This document shows positions 35,902 to 52,646 of a DNA stretch of 64,000 nucleotides, one piece after another. Made by a program: the position numbers and the translations under genes. Origin of the DNA: the human T2T-CHM13v2.0 reference genome, Homo sapiens; NCBI RefSeq assembly GCF_009914755.1, contig NC_060925.1; one strand, given 5' to 3'. Numbering within the stretch: position 1 is the first letter of the stretch; every line of letters begins with the position of its first letter. Under the pieces are notes generated by a model. It ran no database searches, had not been told where the DNA came from, and worked only from the letters and a program-made list of their open reading frames with translations.

Positions 35902-38900
35902 TAAAGAAAAGAAATTCCAACCAAGAAATTCATATCCGGCCAAACTAAGCTTCATAAGTGACAGAAAAATACTATCTTTTTCAGACAAGCAAATGCTGAG
36001 GGAATTTGTTATCACCAGACCTGCCTTATTAGAGCTCCTGAAGGAAGCACTAAATATAGAAAGGAAAGACCAGTCACTACAAAAACATACTTAAGTACAC
36101 AGACCAGTGAGACACTATAAAGCAACCACACAAACAAGCCTGCATGATAACCAGCTGCTATCATGATGACAGGATCAAATCCATACATCAATACTAACCT
36201 TTAATGTAAATTGGCTAAATGCCCCAATTACAAGGCACAGATTGGCAAGGTGGATAAAGAACCAAAACTCAATGGTATGCCAAGAGTCTCATCTCACATG
36301 CAATTACATCCATAGGCTCAAAATAAAGAGATAGAGAAAAACCTAACAAGCAAATGAAAAATAGAAAAAAGCAGCAGTTGCAATCCTAAATCAGACAAAA
36401 CAGACTTTAAACCAACAAAGATTAAAAAAAAAAAAAAAAAAAAGACAAGGGTATTACATAATGGTAAAAGGTTCAATTCAACAAGAAGACCTAACTATCC
36501 TAAATACATATGCACCCAACACAGGAGCACCCAGATTCATAAAGCAAGTGCTTAGAGACCTTCAAAGAGACTTAGACTCCCACACAATAATGGTGAGAGA
36601 ATTCAACACTCCATGACAGTATTAGATCACTGAGGCAGAAAATTACAAAGATATTCAGGACTTAATCTCAGCACTGGATCAAATGGACCTGATAGACATC
36701 TACAGAACTCTCCACCCAAAAACAACAGAATATACATTGTTCTCATCATCATCTCATGGCACATACTCTAAAATCAGCCACACAGTTGGACACAAAACAA
36801 TCTTCAGCAAATGAAAAAGAATGAAAATAATAACCACTTTCTTGGACCACAGCACAATAAAATTAGAAATCAAGACCAAGAAAATCGCTCAAAACCATAC
36901 AATTACATGGAAATTAAACAACGTGCTCCTGAATGATTTTTTGGCAAGAAATGAAATTAAGGCAAAAATCAAGAAGTTCTTTGAAACTAATGAAAACAAA
37001 GAAACAACATACCAGAATCTCTGGAACACAGCTAGTGTTAAGAAGGAAATGTACAGCACTAAACACCTACATCAAAAAGTTAGAAAGACCTCAATTTACA
37101 AAGTAACATCACAACTAAAAGAACTAGAGAATGAAGAGCAAATCAACCCCAAAGCTAGAAGACAAGAAATAATCAAAATCAGAGCTGAATTGGAGACTGA
37201 CACACAAAAAAAATTCAAAAGATCAACAAATCCAGGAGTTGGTGTTTTGAAAAAAAATTAGTATCTATTTGATAGACGGCTGGCTAGACTAATAAAGAGA
37301 GAAGATCCAAGTAAACACAATTAGAAACAACAAAGAAGATATTATCACTGACACCACAGAAATATGAACACCTCTATGGACACAAACTAGAAAATCTAGA
37401 AGGAATGGATAAATTCCTGAACATACACTCTCTCCCAAGACTGAACCAGGAAGAAACTGAATCCCTGATGAGACAAATAATGAGCTCTGAAATTGAATCA
37501 GTAATAAACAGCCTACCAACCAAAAAAAAAGCCCAGGACAAGATGGATTCACAGTCAAACTCTACCAGGTATACATAGAAGAGCTGGTACCAGTCCTACT
37601 GAAGCTTTTCCAAAAAAATTAAGGAGGAGGGACTCCTCCCTAACTCATCTACGAGGCCAGCATCACCCTGATACCAAAACCTGGTGGAGACACAACAACA
37701 AAAACCTCAGGCCAATATCCCTGATGAACATTGATGCAAAAATCCTCAAAAAATACTGGCAAACTGAACCCAGCAACAAATCAAAAAGCTTATCCACCAC
37801 CATCAAGTAGGCTTTATCTCTGGGATGCAAGGTTGGTTCAACACATCCAAATCAATAAATGTGATTCATCACATAAATGGAACTAAAGCCAAAAACCACA
37901 TGATCATCTCAATCAATGCAGAAAAGGCTTTTTGATAAAATTCCATATCCCATTATATTAAAAAAAAAACTCTGAATAAACTAGGAATTGAAGAAACATA
38001 CCTCAAAATAATAAGAGTCACCTATGTCAAAACCACAGCCAACATCATACCAAATGGGCAAAAGCTGGAAGCATTCCCCCTGAAAACCGGCATAACAAAA
38101 GGATGCTCTCTCTCACCACTCCTATTCAACATAGTATTGGAAGTCCTGGCCAGAGCAATCAGGTGAGAGAATGAAATAAAGGGCATCCAAATAAGAAGAG
38201 AGGAAGTCCAACTATCCCTGTGTGCAGACATGATACTATATCTAGGAAAGCCAATAGTCTTGGCCCACAAGCTCCTTAAGCTGATAAACAACTTCGGCAA
38301 AGATCCAGGATACAAAATCAATATAAAAAATCACTAGTATTCCTATATACCAACAACAGTCGAGCTGAAAGCCAAATCAGGAATGCATTCCCATTCATGA
38401 CTGTCACAAAAAGAATAAAATACCTAGGAATACAGCTAACTGGGGAGATGAAAGCAAAACACTGCTCAACGAAATCAAAGATAACACAAACAAACGGAAA
38501 AACATTCCATGCTCATGAATAGGAGAAATCAATATTGTTAAAATGGCCATACTGCCCAAAGCAACGTATAGATTCAATGCTATTCCTATCAAACTGCCAA
38601 CGACATTCTTCGCAGAATTAGAAGAAACTATTTTAAAATTCATATGGAACCAAAAAGAGCCCAAACAGCCAAGGCAATCCTAAGCAAAAAGAGCAAAGCT
38701 GGAGGCATCAGGCTACCCAACTTCAAACTATACTACAAGTCTACAGTAACCTAAACAGCATGGTACTGGTATACAAAAAGACACACAGACCAATGGAATA
38801 GAATAGAGAGCCCAGAAACAAGGCCACACACTCCTACAACCATCTGATCTTTGACAAAGCTGACAAAAACAAGCAATAGGGAAAGGATTTCCTGTTCAAT

Positions 38901-40590
38901 AGATGGTGCTGGGATAACCGATGTCATATGCAGAAGATGGAAACTGGACCCCTTCCTTACACCACAGACAAAAATCAACTCAAGATGGATTAAAGACTTA
39001 AATGTAAAACCCAAAATGATAGAACCCTGGAAGACAACCTTCAGGACTAGGCATGGGCAAGGATTTCATGACAAAGATGCCAAAAGCAATTGCAACAAAA
39101 GCAAAAATTGACAAATGGGATCTAATAAAACTAAAGAGCTTCTGCACAACAAAAGAAACTATCCACAGATTAAACAAACAACCTACAGAATGGGAGAAAA
39201 TTTTTCTAACTATGCATCTGACAAAGTTCTAATATCAAGCATCTATAAGGAACTTGAATTATTTACAAGAAAAAAACAAGCCCATTAAAAAGTGGGCAAA
39301 GGACATGAACACTTTTCAAAGACATACACATGGCCAACAAGCACATAAAAAAAAAAAAACTCAACATCGCTGATCATTAGAGAAATGCAAATCAAAACCA
39401 CAATGAGATACCATCTCACACCAGTCAGAATGGCTATTATTACATCATCAAAAAATAACAGAAGTTGGTGAGGTTGCAGAGAAAAGGGAACCCTTATACA
39501 CTGTTGGCGGGAGTGTAAATTAGTTCAACCATCGTGGAAAGCACTGTGGTGATTCCTCAAAAAGCTAAAAACAGAATTACCATTCGGCCAAGAAATCCCA
39601 TAACTGTGTATATACCCAAAGGAATAGAAATCATTCTATCATAAAGACACAGGCACACATATGTTCACTGCAGCACTACTCACAATAGCAAACACATGGA
39701 ATTAACCTAAATGCCCATCGATGGCAGACCAGATAAAGAAAATGTGGTACATATGCATCATGAAATACTACGCAGCCATAAAAAAGAAGATCATGTCCTT
39801 GGCAGGAAGATGGATGGAGCTGGAAGCTATTATCCTCAGCAAACTAACGCAGGAACAGAAAACCAAATACCACACGTTCTCACTTAGAAGTGGGAGATAA
39901 ATGATAACATATGGAAACATAGAGGGGAACACCACACACTGGGGCCTACCTGAGGGTGGAAGGTGGGAGGAAAAAGAGGACCAGAAAAATAACTATTGGG
40001 TACTAAGCCTAAAATCTGGTCAATGAAATCATTTGTACAACAAACCCCGGTGACACGAGTTTACCTATATAACAAACCTGCACATGTAACACTGAACTTA
40101 AAAGTTAAAAAAGAAAGAAAATGTATATTCCAAAAGAGAATACTATAATAGGAAAAGAAAAAGGAATCATTCTTTAATGAAAACAACTATTTTGAATAAT
40201 TAATTAGTTATTGGGGGAGGGGAAAAATTTAAAAGAGCAAAACCAGGGATATTTTGGTTTAAGAAGCCAAAGGAAAAAAATCTCAAGTTCAAGTTTAATT
40301 GTATCATTAACTCAATTTTTCGTAGTATAATTATAATATACAAGAAGAAATTGCTCATATTCAAAGAATGTCTTCCCAGTTATCTTTCCATGTTAACTTT
40401 TTGAAAACAGGAGGCAGGAGGTAAATCTATGTTTTGTCACTAGTTATGTGACCCACAAAAAATGCTGAAGAATTCTTCCACTTTGTTTTTACTTCCATAG
40501 TACTAGCTCCAAAATAGTCTTCTGATGATTAGGTAAGACAATGTATAGAAAGTGTTCTGTAACGCCAACTATTATTAATATTAGAATTAC

Positions 40591-40659
40591 CTTGCTGATT
40601 CTGGATCCAAAATCAGGGCTTCTATTGCATGAGATATCAGTAAACAGCTCTGCTGCTGT
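40591..40659 (-). CDS. INTS7: INTS7 coding exon (probable exon 16), 69 nt, (L)QQQSCLLISHAIEALILDPESA(S)
   Basis: ccttaacatcaatccag|A acceptor, AG|gtaatt donor, phase 2-2. Confidence 0.93.
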
Positions 40660-42037
<1,378 letters not shown>

Positions 42038-42141
42038 AGTTCAACATTCCTCAAAGTTGCTGAGTCAGCATCAAAAGATGCCTGGTAAAGATCTCCATAT
42101 CGAGAAGCAAGGCTTCGAAATTCTTCCATGGACTGTTTCAT
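42038..42141 (-). CDS. INTS7: INTS7 coding exon (probable exon 15), 104 nt, MKQSMEEF...RNVE(L)
   Basis: tttatag|ATG acceptor; donor CT|gtatccca (U12-like); ORF 41941..42141. Confidence 0.94.
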
Positions 42142-42672
42142 CTATAAAAAAAAATCAATTATGACAAACAAACATGCTATCATTATTGTATAAACAACAC
42201 AAAAACCAAAACAAAAAAAAGCACCTTCAAACAATAACAATTCAAAAAAAATACTGCCATCTTTTCACTGTCATTCCATTCATTTTCATAAACTTTGTTA
42301 AATAAAAACAAAAATGGCAAATGAAACTATACATGTTCACAAGATTATTATATATGACATATAGAAACAAAAACATTTGTATTTTAGCGTCTTCAAGTTC
42401 CACTAAAATAATTTAGTTATAAACATTCTCAAGTTTTTAAAAAAATCTGTCCTTTCTCTTTATATAAATATGTAGCACCCATTGAGATAACATGAATCAC
42501 TTTATCTTTCTAATAACACATCAGCCTATTTTTTAGCCAGACAGTTGAGTGAATAAACATTTATGATAATGTCTGAGTCAAACCACTGATTTTATATTTT
42601 ACAACTTTTCATCTTATAACTTCGAAAACCTCTAAAGTGTAAATAAAAAATGCACTGAAAGTTAAGACATGC
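42142..42672 (-). other. INTS7: GC-AG intron, 531 nt
   Basis: CAG|GCATGT donor keeps the frame; the nearest GT (+5) frameshifts. Confidence 0.88.
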
Positions 42673-42867
42673 CTGATTGGAGATGCGACCACACCTCTGG
42701 AGGTCATTTCCTAAGGTCATGGCAATTGTTGTGGCAATTGCAGGTGGTGGGCTTGTCTTCAGGCTATTACAAGTACAGATAAGTTGAGAGAAGGCTTGTA
42801 AAAGGTCAATCCTGAGTTTTACAAATTCACACTGAAAGCTTAAAGGATTCAGTGGTGTACTAGCTGC
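42673..42867 (-). CDS. INTS7: INTS7 coding exon (probable exon 14), 195 nt, AASTPLNP...GRISNQ
   Basis: ttttcccag|GCA acceptor; donor is non-canonical CAG|gcatgt; frame joins the next exon's ATG AAA CAG. Confidence 0.93.
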
Positions 42868-43161
42868 CTGGGAAAAAAAAAAAAAGAGATATTTAAGACA
42901 AAGTAAACAGAACAGTGAGATGGGGCAGTACCAAGTATTTATCAGTTTGTGGTCAAGTGCAGTAGTTCTCTAAAAACACTGACGGATAAAGACCTAAATG
43001 ATAAAAAGAATAATGTAATATTAGAATGAAAAATATTGTTATTAAACACCAGCTCTGAAAAACTGTATGTACAACCACTATTCAAAGGTTCCTTACTGCC
43101 TACATTCACAAAGACCCCATAATATGTGAATTGTCAAGAACATCATCAAGAAGATAATCAC

Positions 43162-43462
<301 letters not shown>

Positions 43463-43683
43463 AGAAGATAATCGCGTAAGGGATGCTTCAAGGACATTAC
43501 CATCCCCCAAAATCCCCTATTACTTTGCTACCTTCCTAATCTGAAATTCCCATCACTGGAACCTTGTAAAGTCGGGGGCAGAAAGAAAAAGAAAGATAAG
43601 GGCAGGAGGAATATGTTTCTAGACAGTCACTGTTTTTAAAAAAAAATGGACATTGCCTCAAAGTTACCCTCTTCCACTGCTAG

Positions 43684-44244
<561 letters not shown>

Positions 44245-45261
44245 TAGCTCAGATTAATTTTAAAAATAATTCCTGAGTAGACACTTCAGAAAGCACAGAG
44301 AAGACACCAAGGAAGAAGAGGTTATAACACACAAATAAGTTTCAATGAGGATGGAGGGGTATCAGGGGTAAGTCTTGGGTAGCATTAGCTAGGTAGAAAA
44401 GGTAAATGGTAAGGCAAGCCAGGGTGGGCAGAGAACTAAGAAAACCTTTAACTATTTGGCAACTGTCCTAGTGGAGATCCTAGCACTATGTAGTTTTAAC
44501 AAAAGGCACATACTAAAAATGTGCTAATTTAACAATAAACAGAGGCATAGTGAAAATTTTCCTCTATGACATGACACACTTAAAACACGCTGATGCTGTT
44601 TCTTAGATACTATCTCACATTAGTCTTTTAGCAAAAGAGCCAGACATGATTTTGGGGTTCTAGAAGTCAGTTACAATATTATCTGGCCAATTTTACCTCA
44701 TATTGACCTTAGCAAACAAAAGATTAGTATCCAGAACATATAAAGTACTCTTATAAACCAGTAAGAAAAAGACATAAAAACTAGTAGGAAAATGAGCAAA
44801 AATCTTCAAAAGGAACTTCACAGAAAATAAAACACAAATGGTCAAACATATGAAACAAATGTCTAATTGTATTAGTAATCCGGGAAAAGCCAATCATAAG
44901 CTTTAGAACCTACCAGACAAAGAGAAAAATGTATGGCAATAGGAACTCTTATACACTGCTGGGAGGACTTTAAATCTGTAAAGCCACTGGGAAAAAACTG
45001 GTATTAGCTAGTCAATTTAAAGATGCACATAACCTGTGCAATTCCACTCTTAGGTAATATCTTACAGCAATATCTCTAAACAGGAACAGGAGTATTCTTA
45101 GCATTGCAGGAGATTAGGTATTTAGCTACTGACCATTACTACCAGTAGCAATGCTTCCCAACTCCCCATCACTGTGACAAAAAGAAACATCCACACACAC
45201 TTCCAAATTGGAGCAGGGGGAAGATACACAGCTCCGAGTGAGGTCCACTGCCCTAGAGAAG

Positions 45262-45450
45262 GGTGTTTCTCTACTTGAGTACTACTGACATTCTGAACTG
45301 AATAAATTCTTTGTTGAGGGGGGCTCTCCTGTGCATTCCCTCTGCACTAAATACCAGTAACAACTGGGCAAGTGGTGATAGCCAAAAAACGCTCCAGATA
45401 CTGCCAAATATCCCCTGGAGGATAAAACCATCCCTGGTTGAGAACCACTG
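45262..45450. mobile_element. MER20 hAT MITE within an old L1M fragment (~44690-45790)
   Basis: ccagatactgccaaatatcccctggaggataaaaccatccctggttgagaaccactg. Confidence 0.8.
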
Positions 45451-45792
45451 TCCTAGAGAAACCTTTGCAGTAAGTGCATCAAAAGATATGTACAAGAATG
45501 TTCAGAGCAGTATGTTGGTAACAGCAAGAAACTGGAGAAATCAAAATGCTTATCAACACTATAGAGTGGGAAAATAAATTGATGTATATTCTTATGATGC
45601 AAGACTATATGGCAGGGAAATTGACCTACAGCTTCCTGCAACAAAATGGATGAATCTTAGGAACATAATTTAGATGATCAAAGCAAGTCAAAGAAAAATA
45701 TGACTCCTTTTTACATAAAATTCAAAAACAAGCAACATAAAACAGAACTTTCTTTAGAGTTACAAAAAAGCATGTTGAAATTACAAAGAAAG

Positions 45793-46168
<376 letters not shown>

Positions 46169-46437
46169 TTACCTTTGTGGAAAGGAAACAGTATACAAAT
46201 GTGGAGGTGCACATAAGAATTTTACTTTTTTTCTCTTTAGGAGACAGTGTCTTGCTATGTGACCCAGGGTATTATTCACAAGCATATAAGAATTTTAAAA
46301 GGTAATGGTAATGTCCTATTTTCTAACTGGATGTTTGGATATTTGTTGTATTTTTTTATGCCCTACATAATACATGTGTAGATATTATGCCTATTCAATA
46401 TTTAATAACAAAAATTAAATGATTAAAAAAAAACTAT

Positions 46438-47505
<1,068 letters not shown>

Positions 47506-49301
47506 ATAAACACTTTTTATAATTTTTATTCCTAAGAAATAAGACAACTCTATCATTAATCATTTTATTGAGAAATTAAACACCTAACTTTGCTATCGGG
47601 TCTCCATAAACAAAGAATTTTGAACTTCTCCTGTTTAGTGTGGCTGAAGCAGATAAAAAGCATGATCCTCAAAGCTGTACGATCTCAGGTATGGATCATT
47701 CACATCAGTAAGTTAAAAGGGGCAGCCCATGCTCATATTTACTCAGTTAAAAAGATAGAAAGCAATTGTCAAATCCACACTTACCAAATGAACAGGTTAA
47801 AAAATAAAAATAAAAAAAGTCCTCAAAAAAACCCTGAGAGTATACAGTACAATCAGAGTTCTGGGAAGTTTCCAACAACTCTGAGGATCATACTGCCTTC
47901 CCCTGTAGACTACACTCAAGTGAAGAATTATTTCCTGTTTTTCTTAATCCTAAAAACAGTGTTTGACACATACCAAGTGTTTATGATCTGTTGAATAAAA
48001 TAACTCCATTTCAAAAGGAGAATATCTGAGGCCCAATGACCCACCCAAAGTCACGCTGTGTTAATGGCAGAACCAAGACTAAGACAAGGTCTCCTCTCTG
48101 TCAATCAAGTGCTTTCTTCCTGTATCAGAATTCAATCCTTAATTATTGTCAAGCCTCATTAAATACACATACCACACAAATCATTAAACAAGTATCAAAT
48201 ATTCAACAGAATTTTTCATAAAATTAATTCCATCTGCCTCACACTGTTTTGTAAGCCTGTCTGTTCAAAGTTCTTACCATTTATGGTACTAAATAATTAC
48301 CAATTTTCTGCTCCACATAAACTAGAAAATGAAATAGTTCTATTGATCTCAACCAGTAATTATATTTTTTAATTTTCTGAGGCATTTATTAGCCTAATAT
48401 AGGAAACAACAATCTCTTCCCAGAAAATATATATATATATATATAAAATACTTCAAAATATATGTGCCTCACAGTAGTCTGAATATTCTCTTTAGTGACA
48501 CCTGTTTTTTCTACTTTGAAACATTTCTTTTGAGATAGACCACCATTCAAAATATTTTAGATATGTTATAAATGTACGTAAACAGGTACCAAAAGTTTTA
48601 TGGTCCCATCTCAATATATACAATTTTTAAAGTCATGTGACAGTATTTTTAAAATGTTTAACGTTGATTATATAACTTCTTTACTTTTAAAGGGAAAAAG
48701 CCCTTGCATTAATACAAAAAATGCTGATTTTAGGGAATAGGTTCCTACTTAGGAATATAACTAATTTCAAGGAAACATAAGGATCTCTTTGCAACCCTTT
48801 CATTTTCTTGGCAGAGATAACAGAAATTGTAGCTAGCTAATGGTTAATGTGGAGTAGGAGGATACCACAGAGAGATACAAAGTGGGACACTAGAATCTTC
48901 GATAATTTCTCTTTATCTATAAAGCAAGAAACTTTAGTTACTTAGTCAGTAGCTGCCAGGTATGAGATGAGGTCAGGGGTTTATGTTTGATGGTGGTACT
49001 GATGCACACAGGCTGGAATCTTAGTCTGTAGAGGGAGCATCCTGTCTACACACCACTTACCCATTCTGCATGGATTCAGCAATCCTCTTCACATGTGGTA
49101 CCCAGTTATTTTTAACAAGAAAGTGATAAACTTTTATCAATCTAAGAATGTTAAAAAGGGGAAAAGGTTAAGGGTTTATTTCCATGACCTATTTCATATC
49201 AGCAGGTTTCTCAAGTTAGTTGAAATAGGACAATCCAAAAAGAGAAGGGAGAGAACTCTCACATAAATCATCACCACCAAAGGTGAATTAAGAGGACTTA
49301 C

Positions 49302-49508
49302 TGTTAAGGAAGCAATCCCTTTGTGATAGAATTTTAAAGATTCAGCAATGCAAGAAAGTGCTGAACTATAATTTTCCTCTTGCAACCCAGTGAGACACTG
49401 TTCTGCATGTGAAAACTCCTTCAAACTATTTAGCCAGAAGTAGAAATGTTCTGAGGCAACCTGAGTCAGCAAACTCTGATAAAGCTCTTTGGCCATGTCA
49501 TGATTACC
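49302..49508 (-). CDS. INTS7: INTS7 coding exon (probable exon 13), 207 nt, GNHDMAKE...GIASLT
   Basis: tttttag|GGT acceptor, ACA|gtaagt donor; ORF 49194..49496. Confidence 0.96.
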
Positions 49509-50092
49509 CTAAAAACAAAAAAAGAAAAGAAAAAAGAATAGAAGGAGCACACGGTGAGGTTCTTACATTTGAAAGAGTTGATGCAGCAGCTAAAAGAGAA
49601 ACCCAAACCTTGGATAAGTCTGAACAATCATTCCTCATATTATGTAATTCGCTGAGACTCTGTCTAAATATTTCCTCAGAGAAAATATGCTGAGTTGCTT
49701 TTATGTAACATAATGCTTGAAATTCTTTACTAAAACAGTTCCGAAAGAGAAAATAAATGGAATCAACTATAAACCAAGTCTAGAACTTTAGCTCAAAATA
49801 CAGGAAGTATAAATACTTTTTTATGTTATTCTAGATGAACTATTTAGTGGGTGAGAGAAACCCCAGGGGAGAAGGCATAGTTGCAGGGAGAAATGTGAAT
49901 ACCATTTAATGCCTGGGGCCAGGGATACTCAATGTCCTGCAGTGCTTGGGACAGAACAGTATAATGAAGAATTGTCCTGCCAAGAGTGTGTGCTTCTCCC
50001 CCATTTGAGAAGCAACATAAAATTAAGAACATGCACTTCAATCACCTAGAGTAATGCTTCCTCAAACTTTGGTCTCTGGACTTATCCCCAAG

Positions 50093-50235
50093 GTTTTTTT
50101 TTTAATTTATTTTTAGTAGAGACAGGCTTTTACTATGTCAGCCAGGCTGGTCTCAAACTCCTGGCCTCAAGAGATTTGTCCGCCTTGGCCTCTCACAAAG
50201 TACTGGGATTACATACGTGAGCCACCCCACCCGGC
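50093..50235 (-). mobile_element. FLAM / Alu monomer
   Basis: Left arm only. Confidence 0.8.
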
Positions 50236-50716
50236 CAGGATTTCTGTACTAACCAAGGTTTCTATTTCCTCTCAAACAAAATTAATAAAACTTGTTAGGC
50301 TTTCCATATGGCTGAGAAGAGTACAGCATACTAAAGCTTTCCCATTTCTACTTAAGAATGACAAGACTGGGGAGAGGAACAAAGATGTGGTATACTGAGA
50401 AAGGAAGATAGAAACAGCGGGTGGTAGGTGGCCTTGGTTATAACAATACAGAGCAAAATGAAAGTGGCACTAACAACCTACAGCCAGAAAGGGTCCAGAT
50501 TTTAACTTCCTCATTACTAATGCCAACAACATAGATACCATTCTTTTATGATAAAAGTTAAAAATCAGGTCCTTTCCTTCCTCATCTTCAGAACCCATGA
50601 CTAAAAGGTACTTCCATCTTTATTTTTAGTTTTGACTACAACTAATAATCATACAATTGAAGATACATGATCTGACATTTCCAGCAACCCAGTTCACTCA
50701 GAAGGGTAACACATAC

Positions 50717-50854
50717 CATTCTGGAAGCCTGTCTGGCAATACGGTATACAGTCCATCCATTGGAGACACTTTCAAGCTGCTGCTTAATTACTGCCTTACT
50801 TTCCACAGACAATGCCTTCTGACTTGCAACAAAAATCACAGTAGCCAAACTCAC
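50717..50854 (-). CDS. INTS7: INTS7 coding exon (probable exon 12), 138 nt, VSLATVIF...RQASRM
   Basis: ttag|GTG acceptor, ATG|gtatgt donor; ORF 50642..50854. Confidence 0.95.
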
Positions 50855-52406
50855 CTAACATTGGGCAAGAAGAAAACCAAGAAAATCATTTAATTTTATT
50901 CAGTGTCATTGATAACCTACCCCAAAGGGAGGAAAACTAATTAGAGCCCACTGCAAAAGAACAAAATTTGTTTTCCAATGACATTTATTTAATTTTTTAT
51001 TTTGAAGTCATTAATTTATTCCATTCACTCAGGGCACTCTTTATAACAGCAAAGAAGTAGAAGCAATACCCATAATATGAATAAATTATATAACATAATC
51101 AAACAATGAGATACGTAAATAAAATGGATAAACTAGCGACAGACTTACCAACATAGATGACAAGCAAAATACGCAAAAATATGCAAAATGCAAAAGATTA
51201 CAAGTAGTATGATAAAGTTTACATAAAATTAAAAATATGCAAAATACTGCATATTACTTAGGGATATACACTTTGGTAGTAAAAGAATAACAGGCATGAG
51301 AATGATAAATACCAAATTCAGGATAGTGGTTACCTGAGAGAAGGGAGGAGATGCTATCAGCAAGGTAAACAGGGGGCTTCAACTAAACTGTTAATACCTT
51401 TTTCTTAAGCTAGATAATGAATGCAAGAGTTTTCACTGTATTATTCCTCAGATTTTTTGAATATTATGTTTCATAATTTAAGACAATCTTAAGGTAGTAC
51501 TCACAAAAAAGATATCAGGACCGTTAGTTCAAAATGCCACTTCAATAAAAAATAAACTTAGCTAACTGCCTCTTAATATTTCAAAGCTGATTCATATAAA
51601 GATCCATACATTTGGTCATCAAGGTAACCTTTTCTGGCAGCAAATGATGGGATGGGGTCAATCTTTTACACAATTCCCTCTGGAGGATTAAACATAAAAC
51701 AGGCTTGAATAAATTATTTCATTATATTTTTTCCCACATTCTAAATTAAGATGAACAGAACAATATGGAATGGCAACCTTACAACTTTCATTTAATTTAC
51801 AATTATTTAGAATGTAGCCTACTCTCAGTCCTGCAGAACTTTTCAACTAAACATTTTATAGCTTCCACAGCTTCTGTTTCTTTCTAAGCATGTACCTTTC
51901 CCAACCTCAAGGGTCTACAGAAGCCTAAACTGGATCCTAAACAGCTAAAGAGGTCCTGGAATGGAAAACATAAATTTGGGCTAATTTATGGTCATTATTA
52001 TCATTAGATTTTTAACTTCTATTTTCTAAAGTACAAAACAGGGTTTAGTTCATTATTTACTCTGTATAAGAAAGATAAAAGTTTCATTTTCATTCTGTCC
52101 TTTGCAATAAAAAAAAACATGAGATTGAAGGCTTTGGCTATACTAGGCTGATTTGACAGGGTTTCGGAAGAAAGCAGTTTTAGAGGTGAACAAAACACGG
52201 CTTTCTAAATCAAAAGTGAAAAAAGTAAAAAGCTCATAAAGCCAATTCTATTTTGACATCAGCACACTCTTTGGTCTTAGGTAATGAATTTAACCTATTG
52301 TTTGTTCTGTTTTTTAAGTAAAGTCAAATAGTAATGTTGACTTAAAAGTAATTCCCACTAGACCAGATCCTAGTCATTCAAAGGAGATTCAAAATGGGCT
52401 TTTTAC

Positions 52407-52646
52407 CAGAAGTTCTTGTTGCTTGTCTGTGGCTGATCGTCCAATCACCTTGTACAGCTCCATGAGGTCACCAAGCATCCCATCACCCAGCACCGGCAGT
52501 TGCATGGCAATGGCTGCCAGGCAATGGCACATCAAAATCCGGGCAGCGTCTTGAGCACTGTGCAATTGAGTCAACAAGGTCTCAACTACTGACTGGCTAA
52601 GATGGGGCCTGCCCTTGGCCAACTTCACCATACAGTTTAGAGCAAT
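52407..52646 (-). CDS. INTS7: INTS7 coding exon (probable exon 11), 240 nt, IALNCMVK...KQQELL
   Basis: gcag|ATT acceptor, CTG|gtaaaa donor; ORF 52389..52652. Confidence 0.96.
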
